Origin: the human T2T-CHM13v2.0 reference genome, Homo sapiens | NCBI RefSeq assembly: GCF_009914755.1 | Contig: NC_060926.1 | Reading direction: 5' to 3' (one strand) | Length of the DNA: 64,000 nt | Shown here: in pieces, positions 1-13,621 of the stretch | Numbering within the stretch: position 1 is the first letter of the stretch | Layout: each line of letters begins with the position of its first letter | Notes under the pieces: model-generated | Databases searched by the model: none | What the model saw: only the letters and a program-made list of their open reading frames with translations | Told to the model about the DNA's origin: nothing | Made by a program: the position numbers and the translations under genes

Positions 1-1451
1 TTTAGATTGTGATGGTTAACTGTATATAAAGTGCTTAACAGGAAGAGTTTTGCACATAATGAACACGTATTCATGGAGCTCATAAGATTATTAACTTGTC
101 TCATCCTTCTATTTTAATTCCTTGCTTTGGATAATTTTATCATGCTTCCATAATTAAAATATATTAATTATATTAAATGAGGATATTTCCATTTATGGGA
201 ATGTATTGGCCTTTTAAACATGAAACATTTCATATGAGCATGTAATATTAAACAGAGATTTAGTTTAGAGTAGTGAGTCTAGGACAAGTTCAGGAGCTAG
301 AAAGCCTGGGTTTTGAATACTGGATTCACTACTTACTAGCTAAATGATCTTGGACATCCCAGTTAAGCAACTTTTCTGATTCTAAAAATGTTGAGGCATT
401 TAGGACATTATTTATTTTGTAAAATGTAATTTTAAACAATACAAGAGTATCCCTAGAATGACTGTTGATTGCTCAAAGGATTGGGTCACTGCAGAATTTC
501 CTTTCTTAAGAAAATTCCCGTCATTTCACCTTTGTTGTTTTGAACTTTATATGAAGACTTGCAAAATATTTTTTAATTAGACAAAGTCATGTGGCTCAAG
601 AACTATCATTAAGACTTTTTTCTTTTTTATTCATTGAATATTGCTGAACAGGGTCAAAAGCAAATAAATTCCAACACTTGGTTTATCTTCTGAGAAACAT
701 TTAAATATCATTAATGTAATCTCTGAACAGAATACAAGAATGATCCCTTCCTTCAAGCAAAGAAATATTACAGTCTCTCCAGAGTTTTAGAGACTCTGTG
801 TGCCTGGTATGGCTCTGAACATACTATTTGGAAAACGGTATTCTTGAAGTCAAATATTGGAAGCAGACATCAGGAAAATTATTTGGGGGACTTCCTTTCA
901 TCCCCGAGGTTCTATGAAAACCCTTCACATAGGGAAAATCTATAGGATGAGGTGGGAAGTGGGTTTCCCTAAGTGTTCACAGTAAAAATTGTAAATCCTC
1001 TAAAAAATCACTGAAGTAAACACCAACACTAATTTTTACCTAATAACTAAAAGGAAAAAATGTGAGTTGTGCCCATTATATTAGACTGGAAAAGGTCTCA
1101 GTGGCCTCTATTACCTTCTTGGCCACATAACAGGTACTAAATACTCCAAACTGCAGTTCCCAAATGATTTATTAGTGTCAGGGCACCAATTCTATTGTGG
1201 CTCAGTTAGAGTATGTGCATATTATGTCCATATAATTTTGTAATATGTTGTGCTTTTGTAATAATTAATGTTTATCTTATATATGAAAGCTATATTTATT
1301 TAAGAGAATAAGTTATTCTCTTAAAAATATCTCCCAGATAATTCCTTTAAACAGTATGTTTCCTTTGATAACTTTTGACATCTCTTGTAGAAAGCAAGTA
1401 GTGTTTACTTGTTTGTTTCTTTAATCTTGATTAGAGGGACTATGATATGAC

Positions 1452-1551
1452 ATTTTCTTATTTCAAGGAGCAGGAAAATAGCTACACGCTCACAACTCTA
1501 TATTTTCTTATTTCAAGGAGCAGGAAAATAGCTACATGCTCACAACTCTAT
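1452..1551. repeat. Tandem duplication, 2 x 50 bp
   Basis: attttcttatttcaaggagcaggaaaatagctaca(c/t)gctcacaactctat occurs twice with one mismatch (CG vs TG). Confidence 0.95.
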
Positions 1552-1632
1552 AATAATTTCAGGCTGTTTTGCATTCCATCACTGAGCCTCTTACCTGTAA
1601 ATAACTTAATCTTATTTCGATAAAATTACAAC

Positions 1633-1797
<165 letters not shown>

Positions 1798-2094
1798 TTT
1801 ATTTATTTAAAATTGGTCCAATTAATCATTTGGAAGATCTGCCAAAATCTGAATGAGATTGAGTCAGTATAAATATTTAAGACAGTGGACAAATGTAAAG
1901 ATAAATAAAAAATACATTTTTATTGATGCTAACTGTTGTAAAATGAAATACTGCTTTGAAAATGTCACTTCTCTAGAAACACATAGTGATTTTTTCCTGC
2001 AGGTAAAATCTTGACTGAAGTACCATTAATTTTTAAAGCATTCTCAAGGCACCATAGAATCAGAACATGAGAACCTAAAAAGTTTATTTAAATC

Positions 2095-2620
2095 ATAGTT
2101 AACATCAACAACGATAACTCATTGACAATGTGTACCATTGATACTATGTGATGAGAATGGCCTTTTACATATGTGATCTTCCTTCCCAAAACTTATAGCC
2201 TTAATCTAACCATGAGAAAAATATCAGACAAATACCAATTCAGGAACATTCTACAAAATACCTAACCTATACTCACTCAAAGTATCAACATCATCAAAAA
2301 CAAGGAAAGCCTGAGAAATTGCGACAGCCTAGAGATGCTTAAGGTGATATGATGGTATGATGGTTAAATGTAATGTGGTAGCCTGGGTGAGATCTTGAAA
2401 GAGAAAAAGGAAATTAGTGAAAAACTAAGGAACTCTGAATAGGGTAAGGGCATTTGTTAATAATAATGATGTATCACATGGTTTTGTTAATTGTGACAAA
2501 TGCGCCGTACTAATATAAACTGTTAATAACAGGGGAAACTGGATGTGGGGTATATTGAAACTGTCCTTACTATCTGCACCATTTTTCCATAAATCTATTC
2601 CAAGACAAAAGTTTAAGCAA
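2095..2620 (+). mobile_element. Old L1 (L1MC-type) 3' end
   Basis: cttaatctaaccatgagaaaaatatcagacaaataccaattcaggaacattctacaaaata ... tttttccataaatctattccaag resemble L1MC 3' UTR motifs. Confidence 0.7.
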
Positions 2621-4654
2621 AAGGAAATCACAGATGTAGAATTATTCTAATATTAAATAAAGGTAATAATAGCTCAGTGAATTTGAATTTATCAGGTAAA
2701 TGCATTGCCATTATCTATATTATCTATAATATACCTAAGTGATAATAGACATAAATTTGAACCACTTTTAATTAAAATGAATTACAATTAATACATTAAA
2801 AATACATATTTTACACAGTACAAAATAGCATTGCTTTGATCAATAGGAGATCCATTAGAAATGCTGATCAGTTTTCTTAAAGTAATCATGCCTGGGAGGA
2901 TAATTTTCTATAAATGCACTCTCCTGGGTCAGGAATGAGCTTATGACTTATAAACATAGAACTAAACTGGAGTCACAATGTCTGAGTCCTAATTATACTT
3001 GAGAGTCATTATGTCTTATTATAATAGGCTAAAAAAATACACTTATGAGGGAATCTGTGTGTATTTTCTTTTAGAATAAGTACAATTTAACTCCCTCAAC
3101 CATGGTAAGCATACTAAATATCTTTTAAGTTGTTAAATTGAAGCTTTATTACATATCCATCTTAATGATGCCGTTAAGGTACAAAAGGCTGACTTTTGAT
3201 TTCTGTGTTACTTTAGGAACTGTGAGGTAACATAGAGATAAAAGAAATGTATTTGACTCTGAGATTCTCATTTTACTGAGCTCTGAACACCTGATAACAT
3301 CATCAGAGCAAGACAAAAATACAGCTCCACTCTGGCTGACAAGGATACGCTTAACCCTGGTTTATAACTACAAAAGCCCCTTTTGTCAATAATATTTTAA
3401 ATTACTCTCCTATGTTCGATAACATCACCTTCATAACTTATCTACTCATAACATAAGACTTCCCATGATAAAAGAGAAATATGTCATCAGGAGAGATGAG
3501 AGAGGCAATGTTTCCTTCCAGTATGAACTCTTATAGGCCTTCTCCCATGAAAACAGAAAAATTTCCAGATGGATCTGAAAACTCTGTTCTATGTCTTGGC
3601 ACCAAGAAAATATTGGAGTCCTTCCTACACCTGGCCTCCGATTGAATAAGTGAAATATCAAGATAATAAAAATTCTATATGTCAATAACAAGATAAAGCT
3701 GAAACATTCAAAGACAATAAGAAGTACAATTTAGTCATTGAATAGCTCTACAGTTTAGATAAGAAAGTCAAAGGTGCGAAACGATTGAATCTGGAGAATA
3801 CAGGGGAAAAATAATACTTAAACCAAGTCTATATCCATTCCTATGTGCTCCTTGAATTATAAGGGTATCTCAGTATTTCTCATTTTACTAATCTAAATAC
3901 CTGATAACATCTTTGGAGGAAGGAAATAGACAGCTCTACCCTAGCTGTCAGGGTTACACTTATAAATTTGATTCAATCCTTGGCAGGATGTCTACAGCAT
4001 TTATGTTCCAAGCCAGGATTTTGTGTCAAGAATAAATGCTACACAACACAGAAAATACCAAGACAGCAGGAATGACCTTGGACTGTTCTAGGCAAGCTTA
4101 GATATATGATGATCTTACCATTGAGAGATCCTTGGAGAAATAGCCAAATAGGACCCAAGGTCCTGGCACCACCTCATAATACTTTTCTTTTTTTATGAGA
4201 GCATATTAGACTAACCATCCTACTGACTATTCTTTATCAAAGTAAGCCATAGTTATTGTGAACTTTTCTGAAAGATTTTGTGGCTGCACAACAGTGCTGT
4301 AGTAAGCAGATGTCATATATTAATCACTAGTGTTTGGAAATCCTGCACTTTGCTTAAATAACATCCTAGGGAGTCTTGGAGCTTGAGAACATTCAGATAA
4401 CTAAAGGTTCTTGACTTCAGGCTGAAGACTGGGACCACTATGGGTTATCTTCAAATATTGTTTAGCATTGCAATTAAAATTCAATGAAAGGTCTGTGAAA
4501 CCCCTTGACAAAACTTTTCATTTTCTGTCTTGAGAATTTCTGTCTTATTTTGATAAAAATAAACACAATATTTAATATTGCGTTTATACCACAGAAGGAG
4601 GCAGCTGTAATATGGGCAGAAAGTATGAGTTTAAATTTTTGAAAGGTATAAATT

Positions 4655-4947
4655 TTCTTATAAACACAAGGTCTCACTCACTCTGTTGCCCAGGTTGCAG
4701 TGCAATACTGTGATCACGGCTCACTGGAGCATCATCCTCGTGCACTCAAGCGACCTCCCACCTTCCCAAGTAGCTGGGACCACAGGTGCGTGCCACCATG
4801 CTGGGCTAATTTTTTAAAGCATTTTTTGTAGAGACAAGGTCTCACCATGTTGCCCAGGCTCGTCTTGAACTCCTGGGCTCAAGTGATCTGCCCTCCTTGG
4901 CCTCCCAAAGTGCTGGGGTTACAGGCATCAACCACTGAGCCTGGCAC
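4655..4947 (-). mobile_element. AluJ
   Basis: Diverged dimeric Alu in reverse, with the J-type ctcctgggctcaagtgatc motif. Confidence 0.9.
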
Positions 4948-5744
4948 AATTTTTTAAATTGCCAACATTCTACTTATCTTGTTTTATCTTACTCTTCCCC
5001 TAGTCTAGATTCAGTAAAAACAATGGTTGTAATTTATTATATTTAGGGATTTCAATGATGACCATATTATTTGTTACCTGAAATTTTAAAAATTAACCAA
5101 ATCTATACACTTAAGTAGAGTAAAAACACTGGAATTGAGCCAGCCATTATGAATCTATACAATCCTCTCTTTCCTCACTACAACACCTCAATTTGCTTTT
5201 AACTTTATAATCTTTTTATAATCTTATTAGAAATAAACAGTCAAATATAATATAATCTTATCAATTGACTGCCCATCTTCACTATGAATTTGTCCAGGCC
5301 ATTTCACTAAAAGACTAGCATGAGCCAGGATAACTCTCCCCAGACCTCTAGCCCTGATAACTCTTAGATGTCCTTCACATCTCATTGATACTAAGGAGCT
5401 TTCTCTAACAAGGTGCTAGGTACACTCATCTGTGTCACAATTTAACTATTGTCCATGAATACACAGCTTCATTTAACTAATTAGTAGAATTTTATGTACC
5501 TGGGAACTTTTAAGAGTATGAAATCCTACAAGCAGTGTATCTTTAGCCTGTAACATTGCTTGGAACAAAGCAGACCTGTCATTTGGTTTTGTAGCCTTTG
5601 TAGTCCCTGACACTCTGGAACATTAGAGAGAGTGAAAATATTATTCTAGAGTGAAGGAATTCTGTGTTTTCATCCCAGTATTGGTTACATGGTTTGTTTC
5701 GTTTGTGAAGAATTCATCAAACTATATTTTTAGGATATATGCAT

Positions 5745-5975
5745 TTTTTTTTTAACTTTTATTTTAAGTTCAGGAGTACAAGTCCAGGTTTGTTACATAG
5801 GTAAACTTGTGTCATGGGGGTTTGTTTTACAGCTTATTTCATCACCCAGGTATTAGACCTAGTACTCATTGGTTATTTTTCCTGATCTTCTGCCTCCTCC
5901 CACCCTCTACTGTATTTGAAAGGTTCCAGTGTGTGTTTTTCCCCTCTATGTGTCTCACTTATAAGCGAGAACATG
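5745..5975 (-). mobile_element. L1PA (old primate) 3' end fragment
   Basis: ttttattttaagttcagg...caggtttgttacataggtaaacttgtgtcatggggg...cacttataagcgagaacatg. Confidence 0.85.
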
Positions 5976-6904
5976 ATATATGCATTTTTATTTAAGTATG
6001 TTATACTTAATGAAAAGTTAAAAAGATGAATGTAAAATGTTTTTAAAAACTTCTTTTTCTGAAAACTCAAGTTGAGAGAATTAATCATTGTACTAAAATA
6101 TACACTAAAGGAAGTACTTTAGGCAGAAGGAAAAGATCTTAGACAAAAAGAATGGAAACACAGCAAGAAATGAAGAATATTAGAATAGGCGCCTGTTTAC
6201 ATGTAAGGAAAAATGGACTCTACAAAGGTGAAAAATGACTACACAAAGCAATAAGGTTTATGTTTTATGGTTTTCAAAACTATATAGGATAAAATGCATT
6301 AAGTCCAATTTTTATTTTCTTGAATCCCTTACCATTATTTGTATATGAAAACTGATTTTCTTTAATCTTATTTTGACTTTCAATTATTTTAGTCTACAAC
6401 ATTTGAGTGATTTAATTGGTAAAGTAATTGCTCTCAGGTTTACATAAAATTTTTTCTCTGTTGTGTAGAAAACACCATCCATGAATTCCCTTAATGTACA
6501 ATATAGTATAAAAATTATTTTTTTACAAAAGTAGCCTTATTTTGAAAGACCTTTTAATAACTGAAAATTAGAAAGCGATCTTAAGTGACCAGCCATCAAT
6601 TAAATTGATTATCTGCATCATTATTATTTGCATTAATTTTTTAAAATGCCATCATAATAACTTGCTAGCACAATTAACAGAATGTAGTTTGGAAATTTTT
6701 CTTTATTAAACTACAAAAGATTAAAGTAAAAAAATGCCTAAATATTATCGGTTCCTTACTTTTCAAATTACCAAAACAAAATGAAGGTAGTCTTGATTTT
6801 AAGGTTTACCCCCGCAGCAAGTTATGAAAATAATGGTCACATGTGTGAAATATTATACTGATATTCCTTTAATAGGTTCATTTCATTTTACTTACTCTTC
6901 AACA

Positions 6905-7035
6905 GATATTTTAAAATACACTTTATTGTGTATATTTAAGGTATACAACATGATGCTATTGGATACATGTAGATAGTAAAAAAAAGGTTACCATAGTAAA
7001 GGAAATTAACATATCTACCATCTCTAGTTGTTACC
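6905..7035 (-). mobile_element. L1MA-type 3' end fragment
   Basis: attgtgtatatttaaggtatacaacatgatg...ttaccatagtaaaggaaattaacatatctacc. Confidence 0.65.
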
Positions 7036-8071
7036 CATTTTTGTTGTTTGTTATTGTTGGGGGGGGGGTTGTTGTTGTTGTTTGGAGGTAAGAGCAACAA
7101 ATATTTTTAAGGTGCCAGGTGCCTGGGACACAATACTAACTAGGTGGCCTTGATCCTTGTCCTCTAGGGCTTACAGTCTGTTGGGGAAAACCAGCAGGTA
7201 AACAATTACAACACACCTACTATATGAGAGCAATGAGAACACACAGAAAAGGCACCTAACTTGGACTTAGGAAGAAAGATTTTGGTCAGGGAAGGAAGAT
7301 GAGTAGAAATTTGCTGGTCTGTACTATGACAGGTATCTCCTACAATTCCTCCCTCTTGTGTTAACAGTTTGCTATGATCCAGGAGCTGTCTCCTTCATTT
7401 TTGGCTTTGTCATCAAGTCTGATTGTCCTTACTTACTCTCAACTTTTCCAAACAAGAAAAAAAATCATCTTTGGCTTTGTCCTTCGATGGAATTTGAAAT
7501 ATATAGCTTCATAAACTCTCTAGATTTTCTATTCCTGTACTTGTCTAGTCTTCAAACTATTCTAATTAAAAATTTTAAAGGATGCACAAAGCTTATTTTC
7601 CTTCTAAAGGTTAAATCATAACTTACTTGTATTGTGGATAATATCAACCAAAGTTCCTGCATTCTACAGATTTTTTTAACCTCAAGTTCCAGGTTAAATT
7701 CCCAGTTTGTGGCCAATTGTTATCATTGGCCATGCAAAGCCTCCTTTTATTAATATTTTTTCTCCATTGCCCCCATATCCCATTCTCTGCCACTCTACCT
7801 GTTTTTCATTCCCATGCTTAGCAACCATTATAATGTGTTTATGAACATCTTTCTGTTTTCTTGAAAATTGAATATTGTACACATGAATCTCTAATTTACA
7901 TACATTTTCTCATTGTTTGTTTTTATTTACTAAGCACTATGATTTAAAGTACTTAGCATTCATGTTGTTGTAAATACATCTAATCTGCACTTCTAACTAC
8001 TGCATAATATTCCAGTGTATATTACCAGACATTTTACCTATTTGCTCTCTTAGTGATAACACCTGGCAATC

Positions 8072-8413
8072 CAGCAGTCCCCAACCTTCTTGGAACCAAG
8101 GACTGGTTTCATGGAAGACAATTTTTTCAGGGCAGCAGGGAAGGAGGTAGGTTTTGGGACGAAACTATTCCACTTCAGATGATCAGGCATTAGTTAGAGT
8201 CTCATAAGGAGTGTGCAACTTAGATCCCTCGTATGTGCAGTTCACAATAAAGCTTGCACTTCTCTGAGAGTCTAATGCCAAGGCTGATCTAACAGGAGGA
8301 AGAGCTCAGGTGGTAATGTTCACTGGGCTGCTGCTCACCTCCTGCTGTGCAGCCTGGTTCCTAACAGGCCATGGACCAGTATCTGTCACTGGCCCAGGGG
8401 ATGGAAACCCCTG
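8072..8413. mobile_element. MER1B (hAT-Charlie MITE)
   Basis: cagcagtccccaaccttcttggaaccaaggactggtttcatggaagacaatttt...ggcccaggggatggaaacccctg. Confidence 0.85.
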
Positions 8414-8429
8414 ATCTAACCCACTGTGG

Positions 8430-10430
8430 CCTATAAACAGATCCAGGTTTTATGGATCTGTGGCTTATACAACTGGGGGAGGAGGTTGAGAAAAAATGCA
8501 AAAATACAAGGGCAAATTAGGCACAAAAGACAGATTAATATAAAAGTGAATGTTTATTAAAAGTGAGAACAAAAATTAAATAAGTTGTCTCTGTATTAAA
8601 AATAATTAACCAATACCATAAATTCCAAAATTTTATTAATTTACTCCTTAACACATTTCTTTAGGACTTCCCTTCATTTTTGGCTTCATTCTCTTTGATC
8701 TTCCCTTTACTTTGTATCAATTTTGTAATGGAGAAGATAGAAAAATTTAGTCTTTCTTTTACCACAACTGAGTATAGTGTGTGTATGTTCATTACTGATA
8801 GTTGAGCAAATTTCTCTGAGTTTTACAACTTGTTTTTGGTAATGGCATGAAAATTTTCAGTATTACTGTCAAATTTGGGAACACCTCCATCAAGTTTCTT
8901 TCACATATGAGTTGTAAGATATCAGAGCCTGTACAGTGTCCTTATTCAGAAGCTAATCTTATATACTCTAAATCGACAACACCCAACCACTCTGTTATCA
9001 ATATCCTCAATGTAGTGATGTATGAAGAGTTTGTTATCTCAACATGTTTGGCCATTTTATGGCAAATGAGCAAGACATCCTAATATTTTTCCTCAACATA
9101 TTCATATGATTCACTCTTCTTTATAAACTGGATTATTACACAATCCAAGAATTTATTTAATAGTGCTATAAGAGATGAGTGTCTTCTTCTTTGAGAAATA
9201 ATACTTTTTACTTTTGCTTCTGGTATGACAAAACTTTGTTATAGTTCATTGCTCAATGTTAATATAATTTCTGTTTATTTTATTGCTCATCCTTGTAACT
9301 TTTGTTTCATATTCCACTAACTTTCCATCACTACTTTAATATAAAAAGTCAAAAATGACAAAGAATGTCATATGATATGACCTAATTATATGTCTACTTT
9401 TTTTTCTATCCAATATCCAATCTTCCTTCTTATCTAGAATGAACAGGTATTTCCCATTGTGTGTAGTGGTGATGGAATTCAGAGCCTTGACACCTGCCGT
9501 GGAAAGCTAAAGTGACTAAAGTGACTATATTTCCATTCCACTCCTGTTATTTTAAGTGGTGAGGCCATCATCTCCTAAGCTTATTCAAATGGATTCTGTT
9601 GCCCTTTACTTTGAACTTGGTGAATGAAGCCAAATAAAGGAAGATTTTATTGAAATTCCCTTGTGCTGGGTCTATGTACAGCTATAGTAGAATCCTGTGT
9701 GGCAGCAGTGACCAGTAGTCTAGCCAGCTGGGTCTGCCAAACAGCCTCTAGATTTCCCTTTTGTCAGCTCATTTTCCTATACAGCTGCTCTAGTTTCCCA
9801 AAGCCTTCCAATGAATGCATGAGTACCCAACAACTTCCAATAAATCTCCATTTGGCTTGGGACAGCCAGTGTTTGTTTCTCTTGCTTGTAATCAATATCT
9901 TTGCTTAATATGAGAAATTACTTTTGGCTCACTTTGTGGGAACTAGGTTATGACCAAAACAAGCTCCTTTTGGCTATGACAGTTTTGCTAAGTGATTAAA
10001 GCATTTCTTCTGAATCACTTGAAAATTAATCACTTGACCTCAGAAGTAGTGATTTAAAAGAAACATAATGCAGTCTGTAAATGCAGAATCCATTTCAATA
10101 TTGTTCCTATCATATTACTTCTTATACTATAAAATAGATATGATGATTTTGCTCATTATCTTTATTAATAATATTTCTGCAATATCCACAGTCCAAAACT
10201 TTTATTTTGGACTAAGTCCGTCCTTAAAATTCACTTTAAATATACACACTGCTTTTATATCTTCTACACTATTATTCTTAGTTTTTAAAAATGAAATCAC
10301 AGATGTAAATATAACAAAACCAAGCCATTATTTAATCTTGCAGGACCATAAGCCTTCCATAAGCAACCTGATGATGCTAACTTACTACAATAAAACAAAC
10401 TTTCAATACTCTAAAATATTTTAAAATTAA
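8430..10430 (-). mobile_element. Zaphod-like (hAT-Tip100) DNA transposon remnant, interrupted by a MaLR-like LTR
   Basis: Terminus gatccaggttttatggatctgtggcttatacaactggggga resembles the Zaphod/MER115 end. Minus strand ~8911-8807 translates LICERNLMEVFPNLTVILKIFMPLPKTSCKTQRNL, a hAT C-terminal dimerisation motif. The extent right of ~9370 is less certain. Confidence 0.7.
9440..9910 (+). mobile_element. MaLR (MLT1-like) LTR
   Basis: Ends with ccaataaatctccatttggcttgggacagccagtgtttgtttctcttgcttgtaatcaa, typical of MLT1 3' ends. Confidence 0.6.
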
Positions 10431-10794
10431 ATTTTCTTTTAAAATTATATTTTATTATATTTCAAAAATATTTTTGTCCTCAAGAAAATATGGCAAATCC
10501 AAGAATATATTTATTTTAAGAAATATAAATAGTATAATAAAGTTATTAAATAATAATTGTAAGAATGCTATAATATTTTATCTTGGTCTAAACCAGTGGT
10601 CCTCAACAGGATAATTCTTCCCTACCTCCAGGTGGAGTTACCAGAGTTAGCAAAAAGAATACACAGTCAGTTAAATTTGAATTATTTATCATTGTGTATA
10701 CATATTCTGACCATAAATGGAAATGTTTTTACAGAACAGTCTTAATCTTAAAATTTACTAATTGTTTATCTAAAATAAATGATCAGTATGTAAA

Positions 10795-12628
10795 TTAGAG
10801 ATTTCTTTTCTGAAAATTTCCTCGATGATTGGCTTTCATTAACAGCTCCTTGTTTTGCAGAGTTGACTTATAAAATTCCTTATAGTTAAAGCCTATGTTC
10901 CCCCTACAATGTAACATGTCTTCCATAGTGGTCACATCCAAATTTTCTCTTTTCTCCATTCAACATTCATTAATGAGAACATCGTGAAGTCCAGCTTATA
11001 AGTCCAGCTTATTGAACATGTTCAGTGTTAGCCTTATAAGCTGGACTTCTGAACATGTATTGACTTAAAGTTAACTCTGGGACTTACTCTTTTGCTAAAG
11101 AACACAATACCATATTTCATGACATAACTTGTTTTTTTTTATTTTTCAGGATTAGATTGCATATTTTGATCTACAACTTTTAAAAATATTTTCCACTGAC
11201 AAAACAGAACATTGTCATGAATTTTTATTCCCTTCTTTGAGTGCATATAATTTCTCCTGTTCCATTAAAGGATCAAATTCTTCAAGGGATAAAATCCATT
11301 TCAAAATATACTCATGACAAATGTAAAAATAATTATCCACTTCAATACGGACTTTTTCCCTGTCCCTAAGTTGTGTTGTTCCTCTTAAAACAGCCTTGGC
11401 ATACAAGGGATAAACTTTTCATCCATTTTATCTTTAATACATTCAACAACTCTTTGTAAGCAATGGAGGGCATCAATTAACAATGTTTACTCTTCTTTCA
11501 AATTGCATAATCCTATTGCTAAAAGATATGGAATGCTATGAGCAAGAAATAAGTAGTCTTTACTCAATGGGTTATTTTAAAAGTCAGCAAGAATTTGTGA
11601 GACCTTTTCTTCAGAATTAAAGTATGATTTCGGTGCTTTAAATAAACTAAGAATTCTCTCAACTGCATCTATTAAAGAGAGCCAGTGAATTTTAAAATGT
11701 GAAAGAACTGAAAATAACGAATGCCAACAAAATTACAAAAATTCTTCATTAGTAGAGTCTGAACAGAATAAATGCTGAAATAGAATAATTTCTTGACAAT
11801 TTCTTTACTGGCAATTACTTTACTGATATCAGATGCTGTTTGAGCAGCGTCATGTAGAATATGGCAGAAGAGGCAACACTGTTCATAGTCCCATTTATAC
11901 TTTGCTTTAACTTTCAATAAATATCACACCTTTATGCAAATATCCACCAATTTATATTTGTATTACCTCCACAAAATAAGTATAATTTTTATGACTACTA
12001 ACTCAATCATAGGGTCTCTGCAACAATTTCTTGTTGTTTCTGAAGACTCATCTGGAAGGCGTGTTACAATAGCCTTGTAAGCAAGTCTTTTTATGAGAAA
12101 ATTATTATACGAGTAAAGGAATTTTTCCCCCAAATTGTGATTACTTGCATTCATGGCTATGCCATAAAAAAGTAAAACATTTGAGCTGTGGTAATCTCTG
12201 TAACAGTAAATGGAGTTATTCTAATTTTTATTACGGCAGTAGATTTTGTCCTATAGCACTAGAAAATTTACTTACAATTTTGCATTAAAAAATACTTGTA
12301 GCACAATTCAAATTAAGTCATGTGAGCTTAAAACCTTGTATGATATACAAAGTGGAAGACAACTTGTGCTGCAATTATTTTATCTTCTTCATCTGAATTT
12401 CTTTCAATAAGATGTGATTTTATTACTTTCTTTGGTACAAGTTGAGGAAATCATACATCTATTTGCTTAGCTGTTAGTATTTGCTGGCTTACATCCAAGT
12501 TTTCACCATTTTCAATATTAGCTAAACAATTGTATGCTGCACAAAGAGCTTCAAAAGGAGTTTTTCTTTGTTTAATGCACATCCATTGTTCATAAAATTT
12601 ATCACAAAACTTACTTGCATTTTGACAT
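10795..12628 (-). pseudogene. Near full-length decayed hAT transposase ORF (Blackjack-like group) within a ~10634-13922 element
   Basis: Across frameshifts the minus strand gives: an N-terminal BED-finger-like region (MSKCK..KTPFEALCAAYNCLANIENGENLDVSQQILTAK), EEDKIIAAQVVFHFVYH, MNASNHN (DASNH-like catalytic motif), LPDESSET, CHILHDAAQTASDI (CxxH), and C-terminal MFSLMNVEWRKE..LDVTTMEDMLHCRGNIGFNYKEFYKSTLQNKELLMK, ending at a stop at 10797-10795. Confidence 0.75.
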
Positions 12629-12849
12629 TTTTGAGTTTACTTCTACACAAATAAAAAATGGATATTAGTAATTGACCCAGGAATTGAAAAGATTGAATTT
12701 GATAATCTCACAGCTTTGTCACTGTCAGTCACTCACAGGTACAAACTCATAACTAAACATAAACAAGAGTTGAGCCAATGAAAGGATTGCAAACTTGTGA
12801 ACTTACAGTAAATTGAACTAAATATTGGATGCCAAAAATCTAAACGTTC

Positions 12850-13350
12850 TGTTTGCCAGCAAGAGAGAACTGTATTTGTGAGAGATAAGTTCCTGGAACA
12901 AAGCCACAGCTGACATTATATAAGGTTTGGGGAAATGTGCAGAGTGTTTAGAGACTCAAGGACTTCCAGCTGTGTTAGTGTGGACACTGGAGTAAGACTG
13001 CCGTTGACCTTCTAAATTTTGGAAACATGGTCACTAGAGTGGGACACTTACTGATTGGCTGTTCTCTAGCACCATAGGGGCAGGCACTGACAGGGTGATG
13101 TTCGGGACTGGGAGTTTATCATTAGCAGACTTTCAAAAGCTTGGACTGGCCTTCACTTGCTAACTTTCAGAAGCATAGTTACTGGAGTGAGGCAGTTATT
13201 GACTGGTTTATTTTCAGAAACATGGCCACTGGAATGAGAATTTCACAGATTTAGCTGATTTTCAGAGCCTGTGTACTGATTCTGAGTTAATGATAAATAA
13301 TGATGATTACCTGTTCACAACTTGAAACTTGGGCTTAAAGACCATTCTTT
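12850..13350. mobile_element. Probable LTR with degenerate ~48-bp internal repeats (MER76-like, tentative)
   Basis: Recurring unit approximating gctaactttcagaagcatggttactggagtgaggcagttactgattg at ~13010, 13120, 13158, 13205 and 13253. Confidence 0.45.
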
Positions 13351-13384
13351 TCCTTTCTTGAATATGAAAAATAAGCACAGTCTG

Positions 13385-13621
13385 AGCATGTACAGAGTTT
13401 TTTTTCTTGTCATTATTTCCTAATGAATGCAGAATAACAACAATTACATTGGATTAGGTATTATAAGTAATCTAGAGATGATTTAAAGTATACGGTAGGA
13501 TGTGAATAGATTATGTGCAAATGTTACACCATTTTATGTAAAGAACTTGAGCATCTCCAGATTTCAGTATCTCATGAGGTCCTAGAACCAATCCCTCACT
13601 GATACTGAGGGACAATTGTAA
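13385..13621. mobile_element. MER2 (Tc1/mariner-Tigger MITE), partial
   Basis: taggtattataagtaatctagagatgatttaaagtatac...gaaccaatccctcactgatactgagggacaattgta. Confidence 0.85.

Noticed and set aside
3289-3911. 13-mer acctgataacatc repeated about 610 bp apart
   Set aside because: No element is recognisable between the copies; compatible with chance in AT-rich DNA.
10795-12628. Domesticated (functional) transposase gene
   Set aside because: Multiple stops and frameshifts and altered catalytic motifs; the longest open pieces are only about 60-80 codons.
13005-13280. Spaced ~48-bp repeats that superficially resemble a CRISPR-like array
   Set aside because: The units are degenerate tandem copies without unique spacers, in eukaryotic DNA, and are best explained as internal LTR repeats.
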